Assembly (NCBI GenBank): GCA_032718475.1 | Contig: JAUCBJ010001342.1 | Coordinates: 1 to 41,338 of the forward strand | Length of the DNA: 41,338 nucleotides | Origin: Nemertoderma westbladi | Taxonomy: Eukaryota > Animalia > Xenacoelomorpha | Reading direction: 5' to 3' | In this document: in pieces, positions 20,464 through 34,100 of the stretch | Numbering within the stretch: the stretch's first letter is position 1 | How the letters are laid out: the number at the start of each line of letters is the position of its first letter | Program-made: the position numbers and the translations under genes | The notes under the pieces: generated by a model | Told to the model about the DNA's origin: nothing | Databases searched by the model: none | Seen by the model: the letters and a program-made list of their open reading frames with translations, nothing else

Positions 20464-23400
20464 GTTTACTGGTAGGCAGTCTGGTACTGAGCAACCAGAC
20501 GCGTGTTTACTGGTAGGCAGCCTGGTACTGAGCAACCAGACGCGTGTTTAGTCCTGGTAGGCAGCCTGGTATTGAGCAACCAGACGCGTGTTTACTCCTG
20601 GTAGGCAGCCTGGTACTGAGCAACCAGACGCGTGTTTACTGGTAGGCAGTCTGGTAATGAGCAACCAGGCGCGTGTTTACTCCTGGTAGGCAGCCTGGTA
20701 CTGAGCAACCAGACGCGTGTTTACTGGTAGGCAGCCTGGTACTGAGCAACCAGACGCGTGTTTACTCCTGGTAGGCAGCCTGGTACTGAGCAACCAGGCG
20801 CGTGTTTACTGGTAGGCAGCCTGGTACTGAGCAACCAGACGCGTGTTTACTGGTAGGAAAACCTGGTACTGAGCAACCAGACGCGTGTTTACTCTGGTAG
20901 GCAGTCTGGTACTGAGCAGCCAGGCGCGTGTTTACTCCTGGTAGGCAGCCTGGTACTGAGCAACCAGACGCGTGTTTACTGGTAGGCAGTCTGGTACTGA
21001 GCAACCAGGCGCGCGTTTACTCCTGGTAGGCAGCCTGGTACTGAGCAACCAGACGCGTGTTTACTGGTAGGCAGACTTGTACTGAGCAACCAGACGCGTG
21101 TTTACTGGTAGGCAGTCTGGTACTGAGCAACCGGACGCGTGTTTACTGGTAGGCAGTCTGGTACTGAGCAACCAGGCGCGTGTTTACTCTTGGTAGGCAG
21201 CCTGGTACTGAGCAACCAGACGCGTGTTTACTCCTGGTAGGCAGCCTGGTACTGAGCAACCAGACGCGTGTTTACTGGTAGGCAGCCTGGTACTGATCAA
21301 CCAGACGCGTGTTTACTGGTAGGCAGTCTGGTACTGAGCAACCAGGCGCGTGTTTACTCCTGGTAGGCAGCCTGGTACTGAGCAACCATGCGCGTGTTTA
21401 CTGGTAGGCAGCCTGGTACTAAGCAACCAGACGCGTGTTTACTGGTAGGCAGTCTGGTACTGAGCAGCCAGGCACTTGTTTACTCCTGGTAGGCAGCCTG
21501 GTACTGAGCAACCAGATGCGTGTTTACTCCTGGTAGCCAGCCTGGTACTGATCAACCAGACGCGTGTTTACTCCTGGTAGGCAGTCTGGTACTGAGCAAC
21601 CGGACGCGTGTTTACTGGTAGGCAGTCTGGTACTGAGCAGCCAGGCGCTTGTTTACTCCTGGTAGGCAGCTTGGTACTGAGCAACCAGATGCGTGTTTAC
21701 TCCTGGTAGCCAGCCTGGTACTGAGCAGCCAGACGCGCGTTTACTCCTGGTAGGCATCCTGGTACTGAGCAACCAGGCGCGTGTTTACTCTTGGTAGGCA
21801 GCCTGGTACTGAGCAACCAGACGCGTGTTTACTCCTGGTAGGCAGCCTGGTACTGAGCAACCAGACGCGTGTTTACTGGTAGGCAGCCTGGTACTGATCA
21901 ACCAGACGCGTGTTTACTGGTAGGCAGTCTGGTACTGAGCAACCAGGCGCGTGTTTACTCCTGGTAGGCAGCCTGGTACTGAGCAACCATGCGCGTGTTT
22001 ACTGGTAGGCAGCCTGGTACTGAGCAACCAGACGCGTGTTTACTGGTAGGCAGTCTGGTACTGATCAACCAGGCGCGTGTTTACTCCTGGTAGGCAGCCT
22101 GGTACGGAGCAACCAGACGCGTGTTTACTCCTGGTAGGCATCCTGGTACTGAGCAACCAGATACGTGTTTATTGGTTGGCAGCCTGGCACTGATCATCCA
22201 GACGCGTGTTTACTCCTGGTAGGCAGCCTGGTACTGAGCAGCCAGACGCGCGTTTACTCCTGGTAGGCATCCTGGTACTGAGCAACCAGGCGCGTGTTTA
22301 CTGGTAGGCAGTCTGGTACTGAGCAACCAGACGCGCGTTTACTCCTGGTAGGCAGCCTGGTACTGATCAACCAGACGCGTGTTTACTCCTGGTAGGCAGC
22401 CTGGTACTGAGCAACCAGACGCGTGTTTACTCCTGGTAGGCAGCCTGGTACTGAGCAACCAGACGCGTGTTTACTCCTGGTAGGCATCCTGGTACTGAGC
22501 AACCAGATACGTGTTTATTGGTTGGCAGCCTGGCACTGATCATCCAGACGCGTGTTTACTCCTGGTAGGCAGCCTGGTACTGAGCAGCCAGACGCGCGTT
22601 TACTCCTGGTAGGCAGCCTGGTACTGAGCAACCAGACGTGTGTTTACTGGTAGGCAGCCTGGTACTGAGCAACCAGACGCGTGTTTACTTCTGGTAGGCA
22701 GTCTGGTACTGAGCAGCCAGGCGCTTGTTTACTCCTGGTAGGCAGCCTGGTACTGAGCAACCAGACGCGTGTTTACTGGTAGGCAGCCTGGTACTGAGCA
22801 ACCAGATGCGTGTTTACTCCTGGTAGCCAGCCTGGTACTGAGCAACCAGACGCGTGTTTACTGGTAGGCAGTCTGGTACTGAGCAGCCAGGCGCTTGTTT
22901 ACTCCTGGTAGGCAGCCTGGTACTGAGCAACCATACGCGTGTTTACTGGTAGGCAGACTGGTACTGAGCAACCAGACGCGTGTTTACTGGTAGGCAGTCT
23001 GGTACTGAGCAACCAGGCGCGTGTTTACTGGTAGGCAGTCTGGTACTGAGCAGCCAGGCGCTTGTTTACTCCTGGTAGGCAGCCTGGTACTGAGCAACCA
23101 TGCGCGTGTTTACTGGTAGGCAGCCTGGTACTGAGCAACCAGACGCGTGTTTACTGGTAGGCAGTCTGGTACTGAGCAGCCAGGCGCTTGTTTACTCCTG
23201 GTAGGCAGCTTGGTACTGAGCAACCATGCGCGTGTTTACTGGTAGGCAGTCTGGTACTGAGCAGCCAGGCGCTTGTTTACTCCTGGTAGGCAGACTGGTA
23301 CTGAGCAACCATGCGCGTGTTTACTGGTAGGCAGCCTGGTACTGAGCAACCAGACGCGTGTTTACTGGTAGGCAGTCTGGTACTGAGCAACCAGGCGCGT

Positions 23401-25753
23401 GTTTACTGGTAGGCAGTCTGGTACTGAGCAGCCAGGCGCTTGTTACTCCTGGTAGGCAGCCTGGTACTGAGCAACCAGATGCGTGTTTACTGGTAGGCAG
23501 ACTTGTACTGAGCAACCAGACGCGTGTTTACTGGTAGGAAACCTGGTACTGAGCAACCAGGCGCGTGTTTACTCCTGGTAGCCAGCCTGGTACTGAGCAA
23601 CCAGACGCGTGTTTACTGGTAGGCAGTCTGGTACTGAGCAGCCAGGCGCTTGTTTACTCCTGGTAGGCAGCCTGGTACTGAGCAGCCAGACGCGCGTTTA
23701 CTGGTAGGCAGACTTGTACTAAGCAACCAGACGCGTGTTTACTGGTAGGCAGTCTGGTACTGAGCAGCCAGGCGCTTGTTTACTCCTGGTAGGCAGCCTG
23801 GTACTGAGCAACCAGATGCGTGTTTACTGGTAGGCAGACTTGTACTGAGCAACCAGACGCGTGTTTACTGGTAGACAGTCTGGTACTGAGCAACCAGATG
23901 CGTGTTTACTCCTGGTAGCCAGCCTGGTACTGATCAACCAGACGCGTGTTTACTGGTAGGCAGCCTGGTACTGAGCAACCAGACGCGTGTTTACTGGTAG
24001 GCAGTCTGGTACTGAGCAGCCAGGCGCTTGTTTACTCCTGGTAGGCAGCCTGGTACTGAGCAACCAGATGCGTGTTTACTCCTGGTAGCCAGCCTGGTAC
24101 TGAGCAACCAGACGCGTGTTTACTGGTAGGCAGTCTGGTACTGAGCAACCAGACGCGTGTTTACTGGTAGGCAGTCTGGTACTGAGCAGCCAGGCGCTTG
24201 TTTACTCCTGGTAGGCAGCCTGGTACTGAGCAACCAGATGCGTGTTTACTCCTGGTAGCCAGCCTGGTACTGAGCAACCAGACGCGTGTTTACTGGTAGG
24301 CAGTCTGGTACTGAGCAACCAGACGCGTGTTTACTGGTAGGCAGTCTGGTACTGAGCAGCCAGGCGCTTGTTTACTCCTGGTAGGCAGCCTGGTACTGAG
24401 CAACCAGATGCGTGTTTACTCCTGGTAGCCAGCCTGGTACTGAGCAACCAGACGCGTGTTTACTGGTAGGCAGTCTGGTACTGAGCAACCAGACGCGTGT
24501 TTACTGGTAGGCAGTCTGGTACTGAGCAGCCAGGCGCTTGTTTACTCCTGGTAGGCAGCCTGGTACTGAGCAACCAGATGCGTGTTTACTCCTGGTAGCC
24601 AGCCTGGTACTGATCAACCAGACGCGTGTTTACTCCTGGTAGGCAGCCTGGTACTGAGCAACCAGACGCGTGTTTACTCCTGGTAGTCAGCCTGGTACTG
24701 ATCAACCAGGCGCGTGTTTACTCCTGGTAGGCAGCCTGGTACGGAGCAACCAGACGCGTGTTTACTCCTGGTAGGCATCCTGGTACTGAGCAACCAGATA
24801 CGTGTTTATTGGTTGGCAGCCTGGCACTGATCATCCAGACGCGTGTTTACTGGTAGGCAGTCTGGTACTGATCAGCCAGGCGCTTGTTTACTCCTGGTAT
24901 CCAGCCTGGTACTGATCAACCAGACGCGTGTTTACTCCTGGTAGGCAGCCTGGTACTGAGCAGCCAGACGCGTGTTTACTCCTGGTAGCCAGCCTGGTAC
25001 TGATCAACCAGACGCGTGTTTACTCCTGGTAGGCAGCCTGGTACTGAGCAACCAGACGCGTGTTTACTCCTGGTAGTCAGCCTGGTACTGATCAACCAGG
25101 CGCGTGTTTACTCCTGGTAGGCAGCCTGGTACTGATCAACCAGACGAGTGTTTACTCCTGGTAGGCAGCCTGGTACTGAGCAACCAGATGCGTGTTTACT
25201 CCTGGTAGCCAGCCTGGTACTGATCAACCAGACGCGTGTTTACTGGTAGGCAGTCTGGTACTGAGCAACCAGACGCGTGTTTACTGGTAGGCAGTCTGGT
25301 ACTGAGCAGCCAGGCGCTTGTTTACTCCTGGTAGTCAGTCTGGTACTGATCAACCAGGCGCGTGTTTACTCCTGGTAGGCAGCCTGGTACGGAGCAACCA
25401 GACGCGTGTTTACTCCTGGTAGGCAGCCTGGTACGGAGCAACCAGACGCGTGTTTACTCCTGGTAGGCATCCTGGTACTGAGCAACCAGATACGTGTTTA
25501 TTGGTTGGCAGCCTGGCACTGATCATCCAGACGCGTGTATACTGGTAGGCAGTCTGGTACTGATCAGCCAGGCGCTTGTTTACTCCTGGTAGCCAGCCTG
25601 GTACTGATCAACCAGACGCGTGTTTACTCCTGGTAGCCAGCCTGGTACTGATCAACCAGACGCGTGTTTACTTCTGGTAGGCAGCCTGGTACTGATCAAC
25701 CAGACACGTGTTTGCTCCTGGTAGGCAGCCTGGTCCTGAGCAACCAGACGCGT

Positions 25754-25822
25754 GAGACTAGGCGACCACACAGTACCCAATCACGAAGACGACGAACCGA
25801 GACGAAGCGACCACACAGTACC
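25754..25822. repeat. 69-bp satellite B island (3 of 5)
   Basis: Identical to island 1, offset 6838. Confidence 0.95.
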
Positions 25823-27232
25823 GTTTACTGGTAGGCAGTCTGGTACTGAGCAACCAGACGCGTGTTTACTGGTAGGCAGCCTGGTACTGAGCAACCAGAC
25901 GCGTGTTTAGTCCTGGTAGGCAGCCTGGTATTGAGCAACCAGACGCGTGTTTACTCCTGGTAGGCAGCCTGGTACTGAGCAACCAGACGCGTGTTTACTG
26001 GTAGGCAGTCTGGTAATGAGCAACCAGGCGCGTGTTTACTCCTGGTAGGCAGCCTGGTACTGAGCAACCAGACGCGTGTTTACTGGTAGGCAGCCTGGTA
26101 CTGAGCAACCAGACGCGTGTTTACTCCTGGTAGGCAGCCTGGTACTGAGCAACCAGGCGCGTGTTTACTGGTAGGCAGCCTGGTACTGAGCAACCAGACG
26201 CGTGTTTACTGGTAGGAAAACCTGGTACTGAGCAACCAGACGCGTGTTTACTCTGGTAGGCAGTCTGGTACTGAGCAGCCAGGCGCGTGTTTACTCCTGG
26301 TAGGCAGCCTGGTACTGAGCAACCAGACGCGTGTTTACTGGTAGGCAGTCTGGTACTGAGCAACCAGGCGCGTGTTTACTCCTGGTAGGCAGCCTGGTAC
26401 TGAGCAACCAGACGCGTGTTTACTGGTAGGCAGACTTGTACTGAGCAACCAGACGCGTGTTTACTGGTAGGCAGTCTGGTACTGAGCAACCGGACGCGTG
26501 TTTACTGGTAGGCAGTCTGGTACTGAGCAACCAGGCGCGTGTTTACTCTTGGTAGGCAGCCTGGTACTGAGCAACCAGACGCGTGTTTACTCCTGGTAGG
26601 CAGCCTGGTACTGAGCAACCAGACGCGTGTTTACTCCTGGTAGGCAGCCTGGTACGGAGCAACCAGACGCGTGTTTACTCCTGGTAGGCATCCTGGTACT
26701 GAGCAACCAGATACGTGTTTATTGGTTGGCAGCCTGGCACTGATCATCCAGACGCGTGTTTACTGGTAGGCAGTCTGGTACTGATCAGCCAGGCGCTTGT
26801 TTACTCCTGGTAGTCAGTCTGGTACTGATCAACCAGGCGCGTGTTTACTCCTGGTAGGCAGCCTGGTACGGAGCAACCAGACGCGTGTTTACTCCTGGTA
26901 GGCAGCCTGGTACGGAGCAACCAGACGCGTGTTTACTCCTGGTAGGCATCCTGGTACTGAGCAACCAGATACGTGTTTATTGGTTGGCAGCCTGGCACTG
27001 ATCATCCAGACGCGTGTTTACTGGTAGGCAGTCTGGTACTGATCAGCCAGGCGCTTGTTTACTCCTGGTAGCCAGCCTGGTACTGATCAACCAGACGCGT
27101 GTTTACTCCTGGTAGCCAGCCTGGTACTGATCAACCAGACGCGTGTTTACTTCTGGTAGGCAGCCTGGTACTGATCAACCAGACACGTGTTTGCTCCTGG
27201 TAGGCAGCCTGGTCCTGAGCAACCAGACGCGT

Positions 27233-27301
27233 GAGACTATGCGACCACACAGTACCCAATCACGAAGACGACGAACCGAGACGAAGCGACCACACAGTAC
27301 C
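27233..27301. repeat. 69-bp satellite B island (4 of 5)
   Basis: Identical to island 2, offset 6838. Confidence 0.95.
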
Positions 27302-29737
27302 GTTTACTGGTAGGCAGTCTGGTACTGAGCAACCAGACGCGTGTTTACTGGTAGGCAGCCTGGTACTGAGCAACCAGACGCGTGTTTAGTCCTGGTAGGC
27401 AGCCTGGTATTGAGCAACCAGACGCGTGTTTACTCCTGGTAGGCAGCCTGGTACTGAGCAACCAGACGCGTGTTTACTGGTAGGCAGTCTGGTAATGAGC
27501 AACCAGGCGCGTGTTTACTCCTGGTAGGCAGCCTGGTACTGAGCAACCAGACGCGTGTTTACTGGTAGGCAGCCTGGTACTGAGCAACCAGACGCGTGTT
27601 TACTCCTGGTAGGCAGCCTGGTACTGAGCAACCAGGCGCGTGTTTACTGGTAGGCAGCCTGGTACTGAGCAACCAGACGCGTGTTTACTGGTAGGAAAAC
27701 CTGGTACTGAGCAACCAGACGCGTGTTTACTCTGGTAGGCAGTCTGGTACTGAGCAGCCAGGCGCGTGTTTACTCCTGGTAGGCAGCCTGGTACTGAGCA
27801 ACCAGACGCGTGTTTACTGGTAGGCAGTCTGGTACTGAGCAACCAGGCGCGTGTTTACTCCTGGTAGGCAGCCTGGTACTGAGCAACCAGACGCGTGTTT
27901 ACTGGTAGGCAGACTTGTACTGAGCAACCAGACGCGTGTTTACTGGTAGGCAGTCTGGTACTGAGCAACCGGACGCGTGTTTACTGGTAGGCAGTCTGGT
28001 ACTGAGCAACCAGGCGCGTGTTTACTCTTGGTAGGCAGCCTGGTACTGAGCAACCAGACGCGTGTTTACTCCTGGTAGGCAGCCTGGTACTGAGCAACCA
28101 GACGCGTGTTTACTGGTAGGCAGCCTGGTACTGATCAACCAGACGCGTGTTTACTGGTAGGCAGTCTGGTACTGAGCAACCAGGCGCGTGTTTACTCCTG
28201 GTAGGCAGCCTGGTACTGAGCAACCATGCGCGTGTTTACTGGTAGGCAGCCTGGTACTAAGCAACCAGACGCGTGTTTACTGGTAGGCAGTCTGGTACTG
28301 AGCAGCCAGGCACTTGTTTACTCCTGGTAGGCAGCCTGGTACTGAGCAACCAGATGCGTGTTTACTCCTGGTAGCCAGCCTGGTACTGATCAACCAGACG
28401 CGTGTTTACTCCTGGTAGGCAGTCTGGTACTGAGCAACCGGACGCGTGTTTACTGGTAGGCAGTCTGGTACTGAGCAGCCAGGCGCTTGTTTACTCCTGG
28501 TAGGCAGCTTGGTACTGAGCAACCAGATGCGTGTTTACTCCTGGTAGCCAGCCTGGTACTGAGCAGCCAGACGCGCGTTTACTCCTGGTAGGCATCCTGG
28601 TACTGAGCAACCAGGCGCGTGTTTACTCTTGGTAGGCAGCCTGGTACTGAGCAACCAGACGCGTGTTTACTCCTGGTAGGCAGCCTGGTACTGAGCAACC
28701 AGACGCGTGTTTACTGGTAGGCAGCCTGGTACTGATCAACCAGACGCGTGTTTACTGGTAGGCAGTCTGGTACTGAGCAACCAGGCGCGTGTTTACTCCT
28801 GGTAGGCAGCCTGGTACTGAGCAACCATGCGCGTGTTTACTGGTAGGCAGCCTGGTACTGAGCAACCAGACGCGTGTTTACTGGTAGGCAGTCTGGTACT
28901 GATCAACCAGGCGCGTGTTTACTCCTGGTAGGCAGCCTGGTACGGAGCAACCAGACGCGTGTTTACTCCTGGTAGGCATCCTGGTACTGAGCAACCAGAT
29001 ACGTGTTTATTGGTTGGCAGCCTGGCACTGATCATCCAGACGCGTGTTTACTCCTGGTAGGCAGCCTGGTACTGAGCAGCCAGACGCGCGTTTACTCCTG
29101 GTAGGCATCCTGGTACTGAGCAACCAGGCGCGTGTTTACTGGTAGGCAGTCTGGTACTGAGCAACCAGACGCGCGTTTACTCCTGGTAGGCAGCCTGGTA
29201 CTGATCAACCAGACGCGTGTTTACTCCTGGTAGGCAGCCTGGTACTGAGCAACCAGACGCGTGTTTACTCCTGGTAGGCAGCCTGGTACTGAGCAACCAG
29301 ACGCGTGTTTACTCCTGGTAGGCATCCTGGTACTGAGCAACCAGATACGTGTTTATTGGTTGGCAGCCTGGCACTGATCATCCAGACGCGTGTTTACTCC
29401 TGGTAGGCAGCCTGGTACTGAGCAGCCAGACGCGCGTTTACTCCTGGTAGGCAGCCTGGTACTGAGCAACCAGACGTGTGTTTACTGGTAGGCAGCCTGG
29501 TACTGATCAACCAGACGCGTGTTTACTGGTAGGCAACCTGGTACTGAGCAGCCAGACGCGCGTTTACTCCTGGTAGGCAGCCTGGTACTGAGCAGCCAGA
29601 CGCGCGTTTACTCCTGGTAGGCAGCCTGGTACTGATCAACCAGACGCGTGTTTACTTCTGGTAGGCAGCCTGGTACTGATCAACCAGACGCGTGTTTACT
29701 CCTGGTAGGCAGCCTGGTCCTGAGCAACCAGACGCGT

Positions 29738-29806
29738 GAGACTAGGCGACCACACAGTACCCAATCACGAAGACGACGAACCGAGACGAAGCGACCACAC
29801 AGTACC
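29738..29806. repeat. 69-bp satellite B island (5 of 5)
   Basis: Same sequence and junctions. Confidence 0.95.
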
Positions 29807-31157
29807 GTTTACTGGTAGGCAGTCTGGTACTGAGCAACCAGACGCGTGTTTACTGGTAGGCAGCCTGGTACTGAGCAACCAGACGCGTGTTTACTGGTAG
29901 GCAGCCTGGTACTGATCAACCAGACGCGTGTTTACTGGTAGGCAGCCTGGTACTGATCATCCAGACGCGTGTTTACTGGTAGGCAGCCTGGTACTGAGCA
30001 ACCAGACGCGTGTTTACTGGTAGGCAGCCTGGTACTGATCAACCAGACGCGTGTTTACTCCTGGTAGTCAGCCTGGTACTGAGCAACCAGACGCGTGTTT
30101 ACTGGTAGGCAGCCTGGTACTGATCATCCAGACGCGTGTTTACTCCTGGTAGGCAGCCTGGTACTGATCATCCAGACGCGTGTTTACTCCTGGTAGGCAG
30201 CCTGGTATTGAGCAACCAGACGCGTGTTTACTGGTAGGCAGTCTGGTAATGAGCAACCAGGCGCGTGTTTACTGGTAGGAAACCTGGTACTGAGCAACCA
30301 GACGCGTGTTTACTCCTGGTAGGCAGCCTGGTACAGAGCAACCAGACGCGTGTTTACTGGTAGGCAGCCTGGTACTGAGCAACCAGACGCGTGTTTACTC
30401 CAGGTAGGCAGCCTGGTACTGAGCAACCAGGCGCGTGTTTACTGGTAGGCAGCCTGGTACTGAGCAACCAGACGCGTGTTTACTGGTAGGAAACCTGGTA
30501 CTGAGCAACCAGACGCGTGTTTACTGGTAGGCAGTCTGGTACTGAGCAGCCAGGCGCGTGTTTACTCCTGGTAGGCAGCCTGGTACTGATCAACCAGACG
30601 CGTGTTTACTCCTGGTAGGCAGTCTGGTACTGATCAACCAGACGCGTGTTTACTCCTGGTAGGCAGCATGGTACTGAGCAACCAGACGCGCGTTTACTCC
30701 TGGTAGGCAGCCTGGTACTGAGCAACCATGCGCGTGTTTACTGGTAGGCAGCCTGGTACTGAGCAACCAGACGCGTGTTTACTGGTAGGCAGCCTGGTAC
30801 TGAGCAACCAGACGCGTGTTTACTTCTGGTAGGCAGCCTGGTACTGATCAACCAGACGCGTGTTTACTCCTGGTAGGCAGCCTGGTACTGAGCAACCATG
30901 CGCGTGTTTACTGGTAGGCAGCCTGGTACTGAGCAACCAGACGCGTGTTTACTGGTAGGCAGCCTGGTACTGATCAACCAGACGCGTGTTTACTTCTGGT
31001 AGGCAGCCTGGTACTGATCAACCAGACGCGTGTTTACTCCTGGTAGGCAGCCTGGTACTGAGCAACCATGCGCGTGTTTACTGGTAGGCAGCCTGGTACT
31101 GAGCAACCAGATGCGTGTTTACTGGTAGGCAGCCTGGTACTGAGCAACCAGACGCGT

Positions 31158-34100
31158 GAGATTAGGCGACCACACAGTACCCAATCACGAAGATGACGAA
31201 CCGAGACGAAGCGACCACACAGTACCCAATCACGAAAACGACGAACCGAGACGAGGCGACCACACGAAGACGATGAACCGAGACGAGGCGACCACACAGT
31301 ACCCAATCACGAAGACGACGAACCGAGAGGAGGCGACCACACAGTACCCAATCACGAAGATGACGAACCGAGACGAAGCGACCACACAGTACCCAATCAC
31401 GAAAACGACGAACCGAGACGAGGCGACCACACGAAGACGATGAACCGAGACTAGGCGACCACACAGTACCCAATCACGAAGATGACGAACCGAGACGAAG
31501 CGACCACACAGTACCCAATCACGAAAACGACGAACCGAGACGAGGCGACCACACGAAGACGATGAACCGAGACGAGGCGACCACACAGTACCCAATCACG
31601 AAATCGACGAACCGAGATGAGGCGACCACACAGTACCCAATCACGAAAATGAAGAACCGAGATGAGGCGCCCACACAGTACCCAATCACAAAAAAGACGA
31701 ACCGAGGCGAGGCGACCACTCAGTACCCAATAACGAAAACGACTAACCGAGACGAGGCAACCACACAGTGCCCAATCGCGAAGACGACGAACCGAGACGA
31801 GACGACCACACAGCACCGAATCACGAAAACGATGAACCGAGGCGAGGCGACCACACAGTACCCAATCACGAAGATGACAAACCGAGACAAGGCGACCACA
31901 CACAGTACCCAATCACGAAAACGACAAACCAAGGCGAGGCGACCACACAGTACCCAATCACGAAGACGACGAACCGAGTCGAGGCGACCACACAGTACCC
32001 AATCACGAAAACGACAAACCGAGGCGAGGCGACCACACAGTACCCAATCACGAAAACGACAAACCAAGGCGAGGCGACCACACAGTACCCAATCACGAAA
32101 ACGACAAACCAAGGCGAGGCGACCACACAGTACCCAATCACGAAGACGACGAACCGAGACGAGGCGACCACACAGTACCCAATCACAAAGATGACAAACC
32201 GAGACAAGGCGACCACACACAGTACCCAATCACGAAAACGACAAACCAAGGCGAGGCGACCACACAGCACCCAATCACGAAAACGACGAATCTAGGTGAG
32301 GCGACCACACAGTACCCAATCACGAAAACGACGAACCGAGACGAGGCAACCACCCAGTACCCAATCGCGAAAATGACAAACCGAGACGAGGCGACCAAAC
32401 AGTACCCAATCATGAAGACGATTAACCGATATGAGGCGCCCACATAGTACCCAATCACGAAGACGACGAACCGAGACGAGGCGACCACACAGTACCCAAT
32501 CACGAAGACGACGATCTGAGACGAGGCGACCACACAGTACCCATTCACGAAGATGACAAACCGAGACATGGCGACCACACAGTACCCAATCACGAAGACG
32601 ACGAACCGAGACCAGGCAACCACACAGTACCCAATCACGAAAACAACGAACCGAGATGAGGCAACCACACAGTACCCCATCACAAAAACGACAAACCGAG
32701 GCGAGGCGACCACACAGTACCCAATAGCGAGGCGACCACACAGTACCCAATAACGAAAACGACGAACCGAGATGAGGTGACCACACAGTACCCAATCACG
32801 AAAACACGAACGGAGACGAGGAGACCAAACAGTACCCAATCACGAAGAGGACGAACTGAGACCAGACGACCACACAGTACCCAATCACGAAAACGACAAA
32901 CCGAAGCGAGGCAACCACACAGTACACAATCACAAAAACGACGAACCGAGACGAGGCGACCACACAGTACATAATCACGAAAACGACGAACAGAGACGAG
33001 GCGACCAAACAGTACCCAATCATGAAGATGACGGATCGAGACCAGGCGACCACACAGAACCCAATCACGAGGACGACGAACCAAGACCAGGCAACCACAC
33101 AGTACCCAATCACGAAGACGACGAACCGAGACTAGGCGAGCACACAGTACCCAATCACGAAGACGACGAACCGAGACGAGGCGACCACAGAGTACCCAAT
33201 CACGAAGATGACGAACCTAGACGAGGCGACCACACAGTACCCAATCACGAAGACGACGAACCGAGACGAAGCGACCACACAGTACCCAATCTCGAAGACG
33301 ACGAACCGAGGCGAGGTGACCACACAGTACCCAATCACAAAGACGACGAACCGAGACAAGGCGACCACACAGTACCCAATCACGAAGACGACGAACCGAG
33401 ACGAGGCGACCACACAGTACCCAAACACGAAGACGACGAACCGAGATGAGGCGACCACACAGTACCCAATCACGAAGACGATGAACCGAGATGAGGCGAC
33501 CACACAGTACCCAATCACGAAGACGACGAACCGAGACGAGGCGACCACACAGTACCCAATCACGAAGATGACGAACCGAGACGAGGCGACCACACAGTAC
33601 CCAATCACGAAGACGACGAACCGAGACGTGGTGACCACACAGTACCCAATCACGAAGACGACGAAACGAGACAAGACGCCCACACAGTACCCAATCACGA
33701 AGACGACGAACCAATACGAGGCGCCCACAAAGTACAAAATCACAAAGACGACAAACTGAGAAGAGGCGACCACACAGTACCCAATCACGAAGACGACGAA
33801 CCGAGACGAGGCGACCACACAGTACCCAATCACGAAGATGACGAACCTAGACGAGGCGACCACACAATACCCAATCACGAAGACGACGAACCGAGACGAA
33901 GCGACCACACAGTACCCAATCTCGAAGACGACGAACCGAGGCGAGGTGACCACACAGTACCCAATCACAAAGACGACGAACCGAGACAAGGCGACCACAC
34001 AGTACCCAATCACGAAGACGACGAACCGAGACGAGGCGACCACACAGTACCCAAACACGAAGACGACGAACCGAGATGAGGCGACCACACAGTACCCAAT

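Larger units (their letters stand above)
15700..31157. repeat. Satellite A: 41/44-bp monomers GTTTAC(TCC)TGGTAGGCAGYCTGGTACTGAGCAACCAGRCGCGT with higher-order repeats
   Basis: Period of 41, or 44 with the TCC insert. Higher-order periods of 170, 1479 and 6498-6838 bp (identical ORFs at 19283, 20762, 26121 and 27600). Confidence 0.98.
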
